This document shows positions 49,019 through 57,655 of a DNA stretch of 64,000 bases, piece by piece. The position numbers and the translations under genes are program-made. Location of the stretch: NCBI GenBank assembly GCA_038853715.1, contig JAWCJE010000010.1:378-64377 (forward strand), in the 5' to 3' direction. This stretch comes from Candidatus Nezhaarchaeales archaeon. Its GTDB lineage: Archaea > Thermoproteota > Methanomethylicia > Nezhaarchaeales > JAWCJE01. The stretch's first letter is position 1; each line of letters starts with the position of its first letter. Under the pieces are notes generated by a model that saw only the letters and a program-made list of their open reading frames with translations, searched no databases and was not told where the DNA came from.

Positions 49019-49838
49019 TTTAAGCGTTAGGGTTAATAAGCTAAACGTTAAGCTGGGAAGCGTTAAGCAAGAAGTATTTGAGGTAGCAGTTGAAGCACCC
49101 GTTTCCTTAAGCGTTAACGGTAAGTACCTAAGGACCTTGGTGGCTACCCCCATTATGCTTACTGAGCTAGCCCTAGGGCATTTATACAGCGAGGGGATAA
49201 TAGACTCCTTAAGCGACGTGAAGGACGTAATCGTTAAGGAGTTAAGCGTCGACGTCCACCTGTTTAAAGACGTAAATACAAAGATTTTAGCAGCTCTTAC
49301 AACGAGGGTTACGACAACCGCTTGCGGCTCGGCTGAAACCTCCTTTTTAAGCCTTTTGGATAGGATTAAAAAGCCCATCGTTCTATCAAGTCTCACCGTA
49401 GACCCTAACATAATACCTAAAGCGGTTTTAAAGCTTAACGAGGTCGGCGTCCTTTACAAGGCTACTAAAGCCACGCATTCAGCCGTAATACTTAGTACGG
49501 ATGGTAACCTCGTAGCGGTAGCGGAGGACGTAGGAAGGCATAACGCGGTGGATAAAGCGATAGGCTTAACCCTTCTAAAAAAGGTTAACCTATCAGGATG
49601 TATATTAGTATGCTCCGGTAGGCCTACGGCGGACATGACGTTGAAAGCGGCTAGGGCTGGCATACCGGTCGTTCTATCCTTATCGTTACCGACAGATTTG
49701 AGTATTAAGATAGCTGAAGAAACAGGGGTTACATTGGCATCGGTTAGGGGGCGGGACTTAACCATTTACGCGCATCCTGAAAGGTTGCTTAAAAGCTTAA
49801 TTCGTAAGCCATATGACCTAAGTACTAACCGGTGTTGA
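49005..49838 (+). CDS. fdhD: FdhD-family sulfurtransferase (formate dehydrogenase/molybdoenzyme accessory protein)
   Basis: It has the FdhD signature EDVGRHNAVDKAIG and a TACGSA cysteine loop. Confidence 0.7.
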   Translation: MTKPSLSVRVNKLNVKLGSVKQEVFEVAVEAPVSLSVNGKYLRTLVATPIMLTELALGHLYSEGIIDSLSDVKDVIVKELSVDVHLFKDVNTKILAALTTRVTTTACGSAETSFLSLLDRIKKPIVLSSLTVDPNIIPKAVLKLNEVGVLYKATKATHSAVILSTDGNLVAVAEDVGRHNAVDKAIGLTLLKKVNLSGCILVCSGRPTADMTLKAARAGIPVVLSLSLPTDLSIKIAEETGVTLASVRGRDLTIYAHPERLLKSLIRKPYDLSTNRC

Positions 49839-50398
49839 GGAGTATGCCTAAACCCTTTACGCTAGCGGTGTTCGGCTTTAAGAATAGCGGTAAAACAAGC
49901 CTTGTAGAGTGGTTAGTTTCTAACCTGGTTAAGGAGGGGTTTAAGGTTGCTACCTTTAAGCATATACATCATCCGGGCTTCACTATCGACACTAAGGGCA
50001 CTGATACTTGGAGGCATGCTAAAGCTGGAGCTAACCCTGTAGTTAGTGTATCTGATGGTGAGGTGGCTTTAATATTAAAGCGGCCCACCCCGATGATGGG
50101 TTTAAGCGGCCTATTGACGTTAATTAAGGGCTTCGACGTCGATATCGTCATGTTTGAAGGTTTTCATAGGGTATTGGGGGGAAGTAAGGAAGTCTATAAG
50201 ATATTGATTGCTAGAAGCCAGCAGGAGTTAGAGAACCTCATACCTGAAACGGAGCAACCCATCATAGCCCTGGTGGCCTCCTTCCAACCTAAGCCTGGCT
50301 TAAACCTCCCAGCCCCCTTAATAATGAGCGATAATAAGCAAGTTCTCCTCGCTATCGTTAAACAGGCCTACTTAAACTATAAAGCCGCGAAGTATTAA
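49832..50398 (+). CDS. mobB: Molybdopterin-guanine dinucleotide biosynthesis protein B
   Basis: It has a P-loop (FGFKNSGKTSL) and an FKHIHH motif, and is 188 aa. Confidence 0.65.
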   Translation: MLRSMPKPFTLAVFGFKNSGKTSLVEWLVSNLVKEGFKVATFKHIHHPGFTIDTKGTDTWRHAKAGANPVVSVSDGEVALILKRPTPMMGLSGLLTLIKGFDVDIVMFEGFHRVLGGSKEVYKILIARSQQELENLIPETEQPIIALVASFQPKPGLNLPAPLIMSDNKQVLLAIVKQAYLNYKAAKY

Positions 50399-50457
50399 GT
50401 AGGAAGGCTACTCTTCCTAGCCTTTATGGAGGCTTTTATACCGTTTAGAAATCCTCT

Positions 50458-51414
50458 TCAAGGGTGGATGACGTTTAAGTGCTTGTTTAACTCTTTTATG
50501 AGGCTTTTAAAGTTCTCCTTCGGGATTCTAGCTCCACTCGCCATAGGATGGCCTCCTCCATCCCCGCCCAGCCTTGGTGCTATATGCCTTAAAATGTTGT
50601 TTAGGTCGATCTTCTCGTTGTAAGTCCTTAGGCTCATGTCGATCATACCTTTTCGTTCTTCCCCGGCGATACCTACGAGGGCATCGGTTAAGCCGCGTAT
50701 ATACATCGCGGTTTTACCTAGGGAGAAGGGGAAGTTGAGGATGTACGCGATTTTCCCCTCAACGTTGACCCGGCCCTTAAGCTCCTTTACGACCTCCTCT
50801 TCCTTTCTAGTGTATTGTAGGGCTAACCTTACTAGGTCTTCGTTAAAGCTCGGCGGCTTATTATTGGAGAGGTCTTGAACTATTCTTCGCTTAGAGTCAT
50901 AGCTTCTCCCTAAGGCTTCAACCCCTTGAACGAGTATCCCCGTCTCTAAATATAGGGTTCTCTTATCCCACTTTCTTAGGAGGGTTTGAATTAAGGGTGT
51001 GTTATCCAAGTAGTCGCCTATGGCTCCATAGATGGCTATCCGCGCGTACGTAGGGTCTAGCCTAGATTGAAAGTAAGAATAGACTTGTTCTGACGCTGAG
51101 GCGTTAAGGTTATACGTAACCATCCCGGGGACTTCGTTTCTCGAAATACCTTCCGGTAGTGGGTGGTGGTCGATGTAAATTAATGCCCCCTCATGTACGA
51201 TGGCCTTAAACCTTTGTAGGATTTGGTTTAAACGGATCTCGGATAGAGCGATATCGCATATAATCACTTTATCCGTATCCTTAGCCCTTTGCAGATCTTC
51301 CAGTAGGCCGTAAGGATGGGTGAAGAAGACTTGGGCACCAGGATTAGCTGCTAAGGATAAGGCGCCGGAGCAAAGGCCGTCTGTATCGCCGTGGGTAAAT
51401 ATCCAAACGTCCAT
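50458..51414 (-). CDS. DHH-family phosphoesterase (NrnA-like, DHH-DHHA1)
   Basis: It has an N-terminal HGDTDG motif, an internal DHH motif (IDHHP) and a DHHA1-like GGGH at the C-terminus. Confidence 0.65.
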   Translation of the reverse strand: MDVWIFTHGDTDGLCSGALSLAANPGAQVFFTHPYGLLEDLQRAKDTDKVIICDIALSEIRLNQILQRFKAIVHEGALIYIDHHPLPEGISRNEVPGMVTYNLNASASEQVYSYFQSRLDPTYARIAIYGAIGDYLDNTPLIQTLLRKWDKRTLYLETGILVQGVEALGRSYDSKRRIVQDLSNNKPPSFNEDLVRLALQYTRKEEEVVKELKGRVNVEGKIAYILNFPFSLGKTAMYIRGLTDALVGIAGEERKGMIDMSLRTYNEKIDLNNILRHIAPRLGGDGGGHPMASGARIPKENFKSLIKELNKHLNVIHP

Positions 51415-51572
51415 TTAATATCCTCACGGCCTAAATGGTCTTTAACCAAGTTACGCTACCGTCTTCTATAAAGATTCCTTAAAGCCTAGCCTTATTAGCT
51501 TCGGCTAACCTACCCCTTAGTTATGAACGAAAAGTATATACTTAAACTCGGTTTTTATATCGAGGTGATTTA

Positions 51573-52433
51573 ATGGCGAGCGGAAAGCCGCCAGTAGTAA
51601 AGGTAGGCATTCTAAAGCTCGGCTGCGTTGGTACAGCGCCTCTTCTCGAGTACCTCCTTGATGAGAGGGCTGACCGAGAGGATATAGATGTTAGAGTGGT
51701 TTCGTCGGGCGCTAAGATGGATCCTGATAAGGCGGAGGAGGTAGCGCGGAAGCTCATCGAGTTTAAGCCGCATTTCGCCGCTGTTGTAAGCCCTAACGCT
51801 GCTCTACCAGGACCTACGAAGGCGCGTGAGATCCTTTTAGAGGCCGGCTTACCGGTTATAGTGATCTCCGACGCGCCAGCTAAGAAGGCTATTCAAAGCT
51901 TAGAGGCTAAGGGCTTTGGCTACATCGTAGTTGAGGGCGACGCAATGATAGGGGCTAGAAGGGAGTTCTTAGACCCCGTCGAAATGGCCTGCTTTAACGC
52001 TAACATAATAAAGGTGTTAGCGATAACAGGTGCTTACAACGTTATAGTTGAACAACTTGATAAGGTTATCGAGGACTTAAAGGAGGGAAGGAAGCCGGAG
52101 CTACCGAAGGTCGTAGTTGATAAGGAGGTAGCTTTAAAGGCGGCTGGCTTTAATAACCCGTACGCTAAAGCTAAGGCCATGGCCGCCTACGAAACAGCTA
52201 GGAAGGTAGCAGATCTAACCGTTGAGGGGTGCTTCAAGGTTCAAGAGTGGGAGAGGTACGTACCACTAGTAGCTGCGGCGCATGAGATGATGGAAGTAGC
52301 AGCTAAACTGGCTGATGAGGCAAGGGAGCTTGAAAAACCAGCCGATACTTTATCGCGTAGGCCTCATGCTCGCGACGGCACGTTAATGTCGAAGCTAAAA
52401 CTCATCGAGAAGCCGGTTAAGATTAAAAAGTAG
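51573..52433 (+). CDS. mtd: F420-dependent methylene-tetrahydromethanopterin dehydrogenase
   Basis: VKVGILKLGCVGTAPLLEYLLDERADREDIDVRVVSSGAKMDP...MIGARREFLDP...NPYAKAKAMAAYE matches Mtd nearly motif for motif. Confidence 0.8.
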   Translation: MASGKPPVVKVGILKLGCVGTAPLLEYLLDERADREDIDVRVVSSGAKMDPDKAEEVARKLIEFKPHFAAVVSPNAALPGPTKAREILLEAGLPVIVISDAPAKKAIQSLEAKGFGYIVVEGDAMIGARREFLDPVEMACFNANIIKVLAITGAYNVIVEQLDKVIEDLKEGRKPELPKVVVDKEVALKAAGFNNPYAKAKAMAAYETARKVADLTVEGCFKVQEWERYVPLVAAAHEMMEVAAKLADEARELEKPADTLSRRPHARDGTLMSKLKLIEKPVKIKK

Positions 52434-52441
52434 GGTTAACG

Positions 52442-54187
52442 ATGTCCGTTCAAACTACGTTCACCCTAATAACGGGAAGGTCCTTGGATCAAGGGCGAGC
52501 GTTGGAGAAGGGTAAGTTCACTGACGACTACTTATCCAGCGTAGCTATATGCGAAGTGAACCCTGAAGACTTAAAATTGGTAAGGGTTAAGAGCGGGTCA
52601 AACGTTAAGGTGAAAACGGCGTACGGAGAGGTCGTCGTTAAAGTAAAAGAGTCGCAGGCCGTAAGCCCGGGAACCATATTTATACCGATGGGCCCTTGGG
52701 CTAACGTACTTGTTGACCCTAATACTTACGGGTCCGGGATGCCGACCCTTAAGGGCGTTCCGGCTACGCTTGAGCCAACCGATGAAGCCGTTCCAACCAT
52801 AGCGCAACTCATCCAAAAATTCTCCAGTAGGGCCTTCGAAGTAAAACTTGGACAAAAAACGGTGGATCCCCCTCCTCTAGAAGGAGTTATTAAGGACGTT
52901 GTATGCGCTTTTTGCGGTTGTGTTTGCGATGATATAGAGGTAACCATTAAGGGCGGAGTTATAGAGTCGGTTAAAGGCGCGTGTGGTTTAGGTTTAGCTA
53001 AGCTCTTAAACTACAGTAGGGAAAGGGTTTACAGTCCGATGGTTAGGAGGAGTCAAAGCTTCGTTGAGGTAAGCTTTGAAGAGGCCGTGGAGGAGGCCGC
53101 TGATATACTCGTTAACGCGAAGTACCCCTTACTTTACGGTTGGTCTTCCACCTCTAATGAGGCCGTAAGGCTCGGTGTTGAGTTGGCTGAGTTGGTGGGA
53201 GGCGTTATAGATGATACGTCGGTTACGTGTCACGGGCCTACGACCCTAGCCTTACAGGAGACGGGTGTTGTAACCGCTACACTCGGTCAACTTAAGAACC
53301 GCGCGGATTTAATGGTTTACTGGGGTTGTAACCCGGGTCATGCCCATCCGAGGCATACAGTTCGCTATTCGGCTATGGCTAAAGGCCGCTTCGTTAAGGG
53401 TAGGAGGGAACGTAGAATCGTAGTAGTTGACGTTAGGGAGACGCCGACAGCTAAAATGGCGGATCTCTTCGTCAAGGTTCAACAGGGTATGGACTACGAG
53501 CTCCTAACAGCGCTTCGCATGGCGGTTAAAGGTTATACCATAGAGGTTGAAGAGGTTGCCGGCGTACCTAGGAATATGATCTTTAAACTAGCCGATATGT
53601 TGACGTCAGCTAAGTTCGGGGTTATATTCTTTGGTATGGGCGTAACCATGACGGCTGGGAAAGGTAGAAACGTTGAGGAAGCTATAAGGCTCGTTCAAGA
53701 ACTAAACGATCATACGAAGTTCACGATATTAGCTATGAGGGGACACTACAACGTTACTGGCTCCGGCGCCGTTATGACGTGGTTAACCGGATACCCCTAC
53801 GCTGTCGACTTTAGTAGGGGCTATCCAAGGTATAACCCGGGCGTTACGTCTTCGACGGATATACTTATGCGTGGTGATGCTGATGCTGCCTTAATAGTGG
53901 CTTCAGACCCGGTATCGCACTTCCCGATGAAGGCCGTGGAGAACCTTTCCCGAATACCCGTAGTGGTTATAGATCCGAGGTGGAGCCCGACGGCCGCTAT
54001 AGCCAACGTTTTCATACCGTCGGCCTTCGTAGGCATCGAGGTCGAAGGAACCGTGTATAGGATGGATAAGGTACCTATTAGGGCTAAGAAGCTCTTAGAA
54101 CCTCCGCCGGGCGTTAAAAGCGACGTAGAGATTCTTCAAGCGTTAATCGATAGGGTTAAGGCTAGGAAGCTTAAGGGAGGTGGTTAA
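52442..54187 (+). CDS. fwdB: Formylmethanofuran dehydrogenase subunit D fused to subunit B (Cys-containing, non-selenocysteine form)
   Basis: The N-terminal roughly 130 aa are FwdD-like (TLITGRSLDQGRA...FIPMGPWANV). They are followed by FwdB with VVCAFCGCVCDD and a VTCHGPT motif, which has Cys at the position where Sec-type enzymes have U. Confidence 0.75.
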   Translation: MSVQTTFTLITGRSLDQGRALEKGKFTDDYLSSVAICEVNPEDLKLVRVKSGSNVKVKTAYGEVVVKVKESQAVSPGTIFIPMGPWANVLVDPNTYGSGMPTLKGVPATLEPTDEAVPTIAQLIQKFSSRAFEVKLGQKTVDPPPLEGVIKDVVCAFCGCVCDDIEVTIKGGVIESVKGACGLGLAKLLNYSRERVYSPMVRRSQSFVEVSFEEAVEEAADILVNAKYPLLYGWSSTSNEAVRLGVELAELVGGVIDDTSVTCHGPTTLALQETGVVTATLGQLKNRADLMVYWGCNPGHAHPRHTVRYSAMAKGRFVKGRRERRIVVVDVRETPTAKMADLFVKVQQGMDYELLTALRMAVKGYTIEVEEVAGVPRNMIFKLADMLTSAKFGVIFFGMGVTMTAGKGRNVEEAIRLVQELNDHTKFTILAMRGHYNVTGSGAVMTWLTGYPYAVDFSRGYPRYNPGVTSSTDILMRGDADAALIVASDPVSHFPMKAVENLSRIPVVVIDPRWSPTAAIANVFIPSAFVGIEVEGTVYRMDKVPIRAKKLLEPPPGVKSDVEILQALIDRVKARKLKGGG

Positions 54188-54189
54188 AC

Positions 54190-55902
54190 GTGGAGTTCCT
54201 AATAAGGAACGGCTACGTTTACGACCCCATTAACGGTATTAACGGGGAGAGGATGGACGTAGCCATTAAGGACGGTAGGATCGTAAGTACCGACGCCATT
54301 ACCCCTTCTAAGGCTAAAGTTATTGACGCTACAAACATGTTGGTGATGCCGGGCGGCGTTGATATGCATAGCCATATAGCTGGGCCTAAGCTTAACGTCG
54401 GCAGGGTTATGAGGCCTGAGGATCACTACCGCGTTTTCATGAAGGCCATACCCGGAGTTAGAAGGTCTGGTACCGGTAGAACTACGCCTAGCACCAACGT
54501 GATTGGCTATAAGTATGCTCGGATGGGGTGGACTACCGTGATCGAGCCCGCAACGCCGCCGCTTGAAACGAGGCATACCCATGAGGAGCTTGACGATATC
54601 CCGATAATAGATAAAGCTTGCTTTCCGCTATTAGACTCCAACTGGTTCGTCCTTGACTACCTAGCTAAAAAGGATTATGAGAAGTGCGCCGCCTTCATAG
54701 CGTGGATACTTAACGCTACGAAGGGTTACGCCGTAAAGATCGTGGATCCGGGTTCAGGTGAAGCTTGGGGTTGGGGCGGATCGATACGTAGCCTCGACGA
54801 CCAGGTACCGGGCTTCGGCGTTACACCCCGCGAGATCGTAAGGGGGTTATGTAGGGTTAACCAGATGTTAAACCTACCGCATCAAATACACGTCCACTGT
54901 AATAGGCTCGGTTATCCAGGTAATTACGTTGTCACGTTAGATACCATGGCCTCCGTCTCCGACTTAACGTCATCTGACGGTAGGCCAAACATACACATTA
55001 CCCACTGCCAGTTTACTGGTTACGCTGGTACAACGTGGGCTAACCTAATGCCGGGCGGCGAGAAGATAGCTAAGTACGTTAACAATAATCCCCATGTAAC
55101 TCTAGACTTGGGTCAAGTGGTATTTGGCGACGCTACCACCATGACGGCGGACGCGCCCTTCGAGTTCGTACTATACCATATGACTCGGGGTAAATGGTCA
55201 AGCTCCGACGTAGAGGCTGAAAGCGCCGCTGGCATAGTGCCGTATAGGTATAGGAGGAGTAACTACGTAAACACCGTTCAATGGTGTATAGGGCTGGAAC
55301 TTATCTTACTAGTTAAGGATACGTGGCGCGTGATCATGACCACTGACCATCCTAACGCTGGCCTCTTCACTAGGTACCCGCAAATAATATCCTGGCTCAT
55401 GAGTAGGAGGGCGCGTGAAGCCGTAATGGACAAGGTTAATAAGAGGGCTCTAAAGAAGTCGGCATTACCAGCTATAGACCGCGAGTTAACCTTTTATGAG
55501 GTAGCCATAACTACTAGGGCGGCGCCAGCAAAACTCCTAGGGTTAACCGGTAAGGGCCATTTAGGTGTTGGAGCCGACGCCGATGTAGCGATTTACAACG
55601 TAAACCCCAAGGAAGTAGATCCTTCAAAGAGCCCGGAGATTATTGAGAAAGCTTTCAAGAGGGCCGCTTACACCATTAAGGGCGGGGAGATAGTAGTTAA
55701 GGACGGTGAAATAGTTCAACATATTTACGGTAAAACCCTCTACGTTAAACCCGAAGTCCCTGAGGACTTACTTAAGGCTACGCTAAACGATGTAGAGCCT
55801 AAGTTTAAGGAGTGGTACTCGATATCCTTCAGTAACTACCCGATCATGGATCACGAGGTTAGAGCGCTTAAGGCTATACCGGTAAAAACCAGTTTGAAGT
55901 AG
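54190..55902 (+). CDS. fwdA: Formylmethanofuran dehydrogenase subunit A (amidohydrolase)
   Basis: MEFLIRNGYVYDPINGINGERMDVAIKDGRIV...VMPGGVDMHSHIAG matches FwdA. It is 570 aa. Confidence 0.8.
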   Translation: MEFLIRNGYVYDPINGINGERMDVAIKDGRIVSTDAITPSKAKVIDATNMLVMPGGVDMHSHIAGPKLNVGRVMRPEDHYRVFMKAIPGVRRSGTGRTTPSTNVIGYKYARMGWTTVIEPATPPLETRHTHEELDDIPIIDKACFPLLDSNWFVLDYLAKKDYEKCAAFIAWILNATKGYAVKIVDPGSGEAWGWGGSIRSLDDQVPGFGVTPREIVRGLCRVNQMLNLPHQIHVHCNRLGYPGNYVVTLDTMASVSDLTSSDGRPNIHITHCQFTGYAGTTWANLMPGGEKIAKYVNNNPHVTLDLGQVVFGDATTMTADAPFEFVLYHMTRGKWSSSDVEAESAAGIVPYRYRRSNYVNTVQWCIGLELILLVKDTWRVIMTTDHPNAGLFTRYPQIISWLMSRRAREAVMDKVNKRALKKSALPAIDRELTFYEVAITTRAAPAKLLGLTGKGHLGVGADADVAIYNVNPKEVDPSKSPEIIEKAFKRAAYTIKGGEIVVKDGEIVQHIYGKTLYVKPEVPEDLLKATLNDVEPKFKEWYSISFSNYPIMDHEVRALKAIPVKTSLK

Positions 55903-55914
55903 GAGGCGATAAAT

Positions 55915-56775
55915 TTGGCTAAGCTTAACGAGATGGTATTAACCCCTAAGTACGAGTTTAAGGTACCGGTGGAAGCTAAATGTATATCGCCGGACGTTTT
56001 CGCAGGTAAAAGCTTAAGTGATATACGCGCACTACCGGTTTACGAAGGTAATACGAAGAGGGCTTTGATCGACCTTTTCAACATTGAAGGTAATCCTGGG
56101 GCTACTAGTGCTGAAACGGCTATAGTAATTCGAGGAGACGCGTGGAAGGTTAGACGTATAGGGGAGGGTATGAGTAACGGTAAGATAATCGTAGAGGGAC
56201 GTGTAGGAGCATATCTAGGGTTAAAGATGAAGGGTGGAACCATAACCGTTAAAGGCGACGCCGAATCATGGCTAGGCGCTAAGATGAAGGGTGGAACCAT
56301 AGAAGTATTCGGGAACGCGGGCGACTGTGTTGGAGGCGCTTTTAGGGGTGAAGGACCTGGTAGGGGGATGAGCGGAGGAACCATAATAATTCACGGTAAC
56401 GTGGGGGCTGAAGCTGGACGCGGTATGGGGGGCGGCACCATAGTTGTAGATGGTAACGCTGCTTTCCTACCTGGAGTGGATATGGTTGGAGGGGCTGTAG
56501 GGATTAAGGGGGACTGTCAAGGTAAAGCTGGAGCCAGGATGAGGGGGGGACGCGTAGTTATAGGCGGCTTCCTACCATCAGTACTGCCGAGCTTCTACGT
56601 GGATGAAGTAAGGGAATCGATAAAGGTTGGCCCTGAAAAAATGGCTGGACCATTCTACGTCTTCGTCGGCGACGTCTTGGCCGACGTAAAGTGTCGAGGA
56701 AGGCTATTCGTATCTGTAGCTAGAAACCAGCACCTAAAACGGTACGAGGAACTACTAACTACTCCAACGCTTTAA
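55915..56775 (+). CDS. fwdC: Formylmethanofuran dehydrogenase subunit C
   Basis: It has repeated GGTI(x)V(x)GnaG beta-helix motifs typical of FwdC and of the glutamate synthase C-terminal domain. Confidence 0.75.
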   Translation: MAKLNEMVLTPKYEFKVPVEAKCISPDVFAGKSLSDIRALPVYEGNTKRALIDLFNIEGNPGATSAETAIVIRGDAWKVRRIGEGMSNGKIIVEGRVGAYLGLKMKGGTITVKGDAESWLGAKMKGGTIEVFGNAGDCVGGAFRGEGPGRGMSGGTIIIHGNVGAEAGRGMGGGTIVVDGNAAFLPGVDMVGGAVGIKGDCQGKAGARMRGGRVVIGGFLPSVLPSFYVDEVRESIKVGPEKMAGPFYVFVGDVLADVKCRGRLFVSVARNQHLKRYEELLTTPTL

Positions 56776-56780
56776 TCCTT
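56764..56780 (+). terminator. Oligo-T tract after fwdC
   Basis: The sequence TTTAATCCTTTTTTATTCC overlaps the stop. It lies between convergent genes. Confidence 0.35.
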
Positions 56781-56824
56781 TTTTATTCCTAGCGTTCGTA
56801 ACGTTACATATCGGCGCGTGTCTA

Positions 56825-57253
56825 CTACGCGTACGAAATCCGTATCTCCCTAGGTTCTTTAGCATACCTGGTTAGGGCTATGGGGAATACGTTTATAATG
56901 CCTAGTAGATCACCCTTTTTCACTTCACCTTTATCGATAGCGAGGCAGACAGCCTGATCTACGTACCTAGTTTTCTCTACGGGGCGGGGGCCTCCATAGT
57001 CGATGACCGATATCACTACTAGGAATGCGTGACGCTGGTAGGGTGATGGTAGTATTAAGCAATCGTTCGGAATAACTATCCTTTTAACCTTCACCTTCTT
57101 AACTTCCCCTCGGTTAAAGTTAACTTCATCATCCGAGATGACCATCTCCCATTTACCTCCCGTAGCCATCATGTAGGCGTAGGGCTCTACCTCCAAGTTC
57201 TTCGATACGTAAACCCCTGGTTCCTTCTCTACCGTTAACCTAACCTTAACCAA
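56825..57253 (-). CDS. Hypothetical protein
   Basis: It is 142 aa and I could assign no family confidently. Confidence 0.35.
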   Translation of the reverse strand: MVKVRLTVEKEPGVYVSKNLEVEPYAYMMATGGKWEMVISDDEVNFNRGEVKKVKVKRIVIPNDCLILPSPYQRHAFLVVISVIDYGGPRPVEKTRYVDQAVCLAIDKGEVKKGDLLGIINVFPIALTRYAKEPREIRISYA

Positions 57254-57655
57254 TATTGATCACGCCTACAGTTAAACCTGTAGAGTTTTAAAGGTATTCC
57301 TTCATTAAGGCGTATCTGAAATTTTACCATAAATATTTATTAACCCGACATACATGCACACTACGTTATTGAGCAGTGTATGTACGTGAAGCTCCTTAGC
57401 TAGCTTAAGGCTCTCGTTAGGCCTCCCCTAGGGCGATTAATCCTCCCATTGATTCCGTCAATTTTTATCGTATTTACTCTCAAGCTCCATTCCTTACTTA
57501 AGGTTCCCTCTCTAAACGCTTAAAGCCTAAAACGTTCCTACGGGCTTTAACGGGTTTAACCCAACTTTTAGTGTTTATATGCCGATATACGTTTACGTCG
57601 TGTAAGCTTTAATGTATAGGTACACCCTACCTAGGTGGTTTGGCAAAGTGTTAAA

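Noticed and set aside
48956-49411. A 151-aa minus-strand ORF spanning the MobA-like / fdhD junction
   Set aside because: It lies antisense to two well-supported overlapping genes and has a Thr/Ser/Leu-rich composition typical of shadow ORFs.
56222-56301. Direct repeat AAGATGAAGGGTGGAACCATA x2 inside fwdC
   Set aside because: It is explained by the repeated GGTI beta-helix protein motif (LKMKGGTIT / AKMKGGTIE) and is not an independent DNA element.
56040-56384. A 114-aa antisense ORF inside fwdC
   Set aside because: It is a Pro-rich mirror-image ORF created by the Gly-rich GGTI beta-helix repeats of FwdC on the other strand. The plus-strand gene has strong family motifs.
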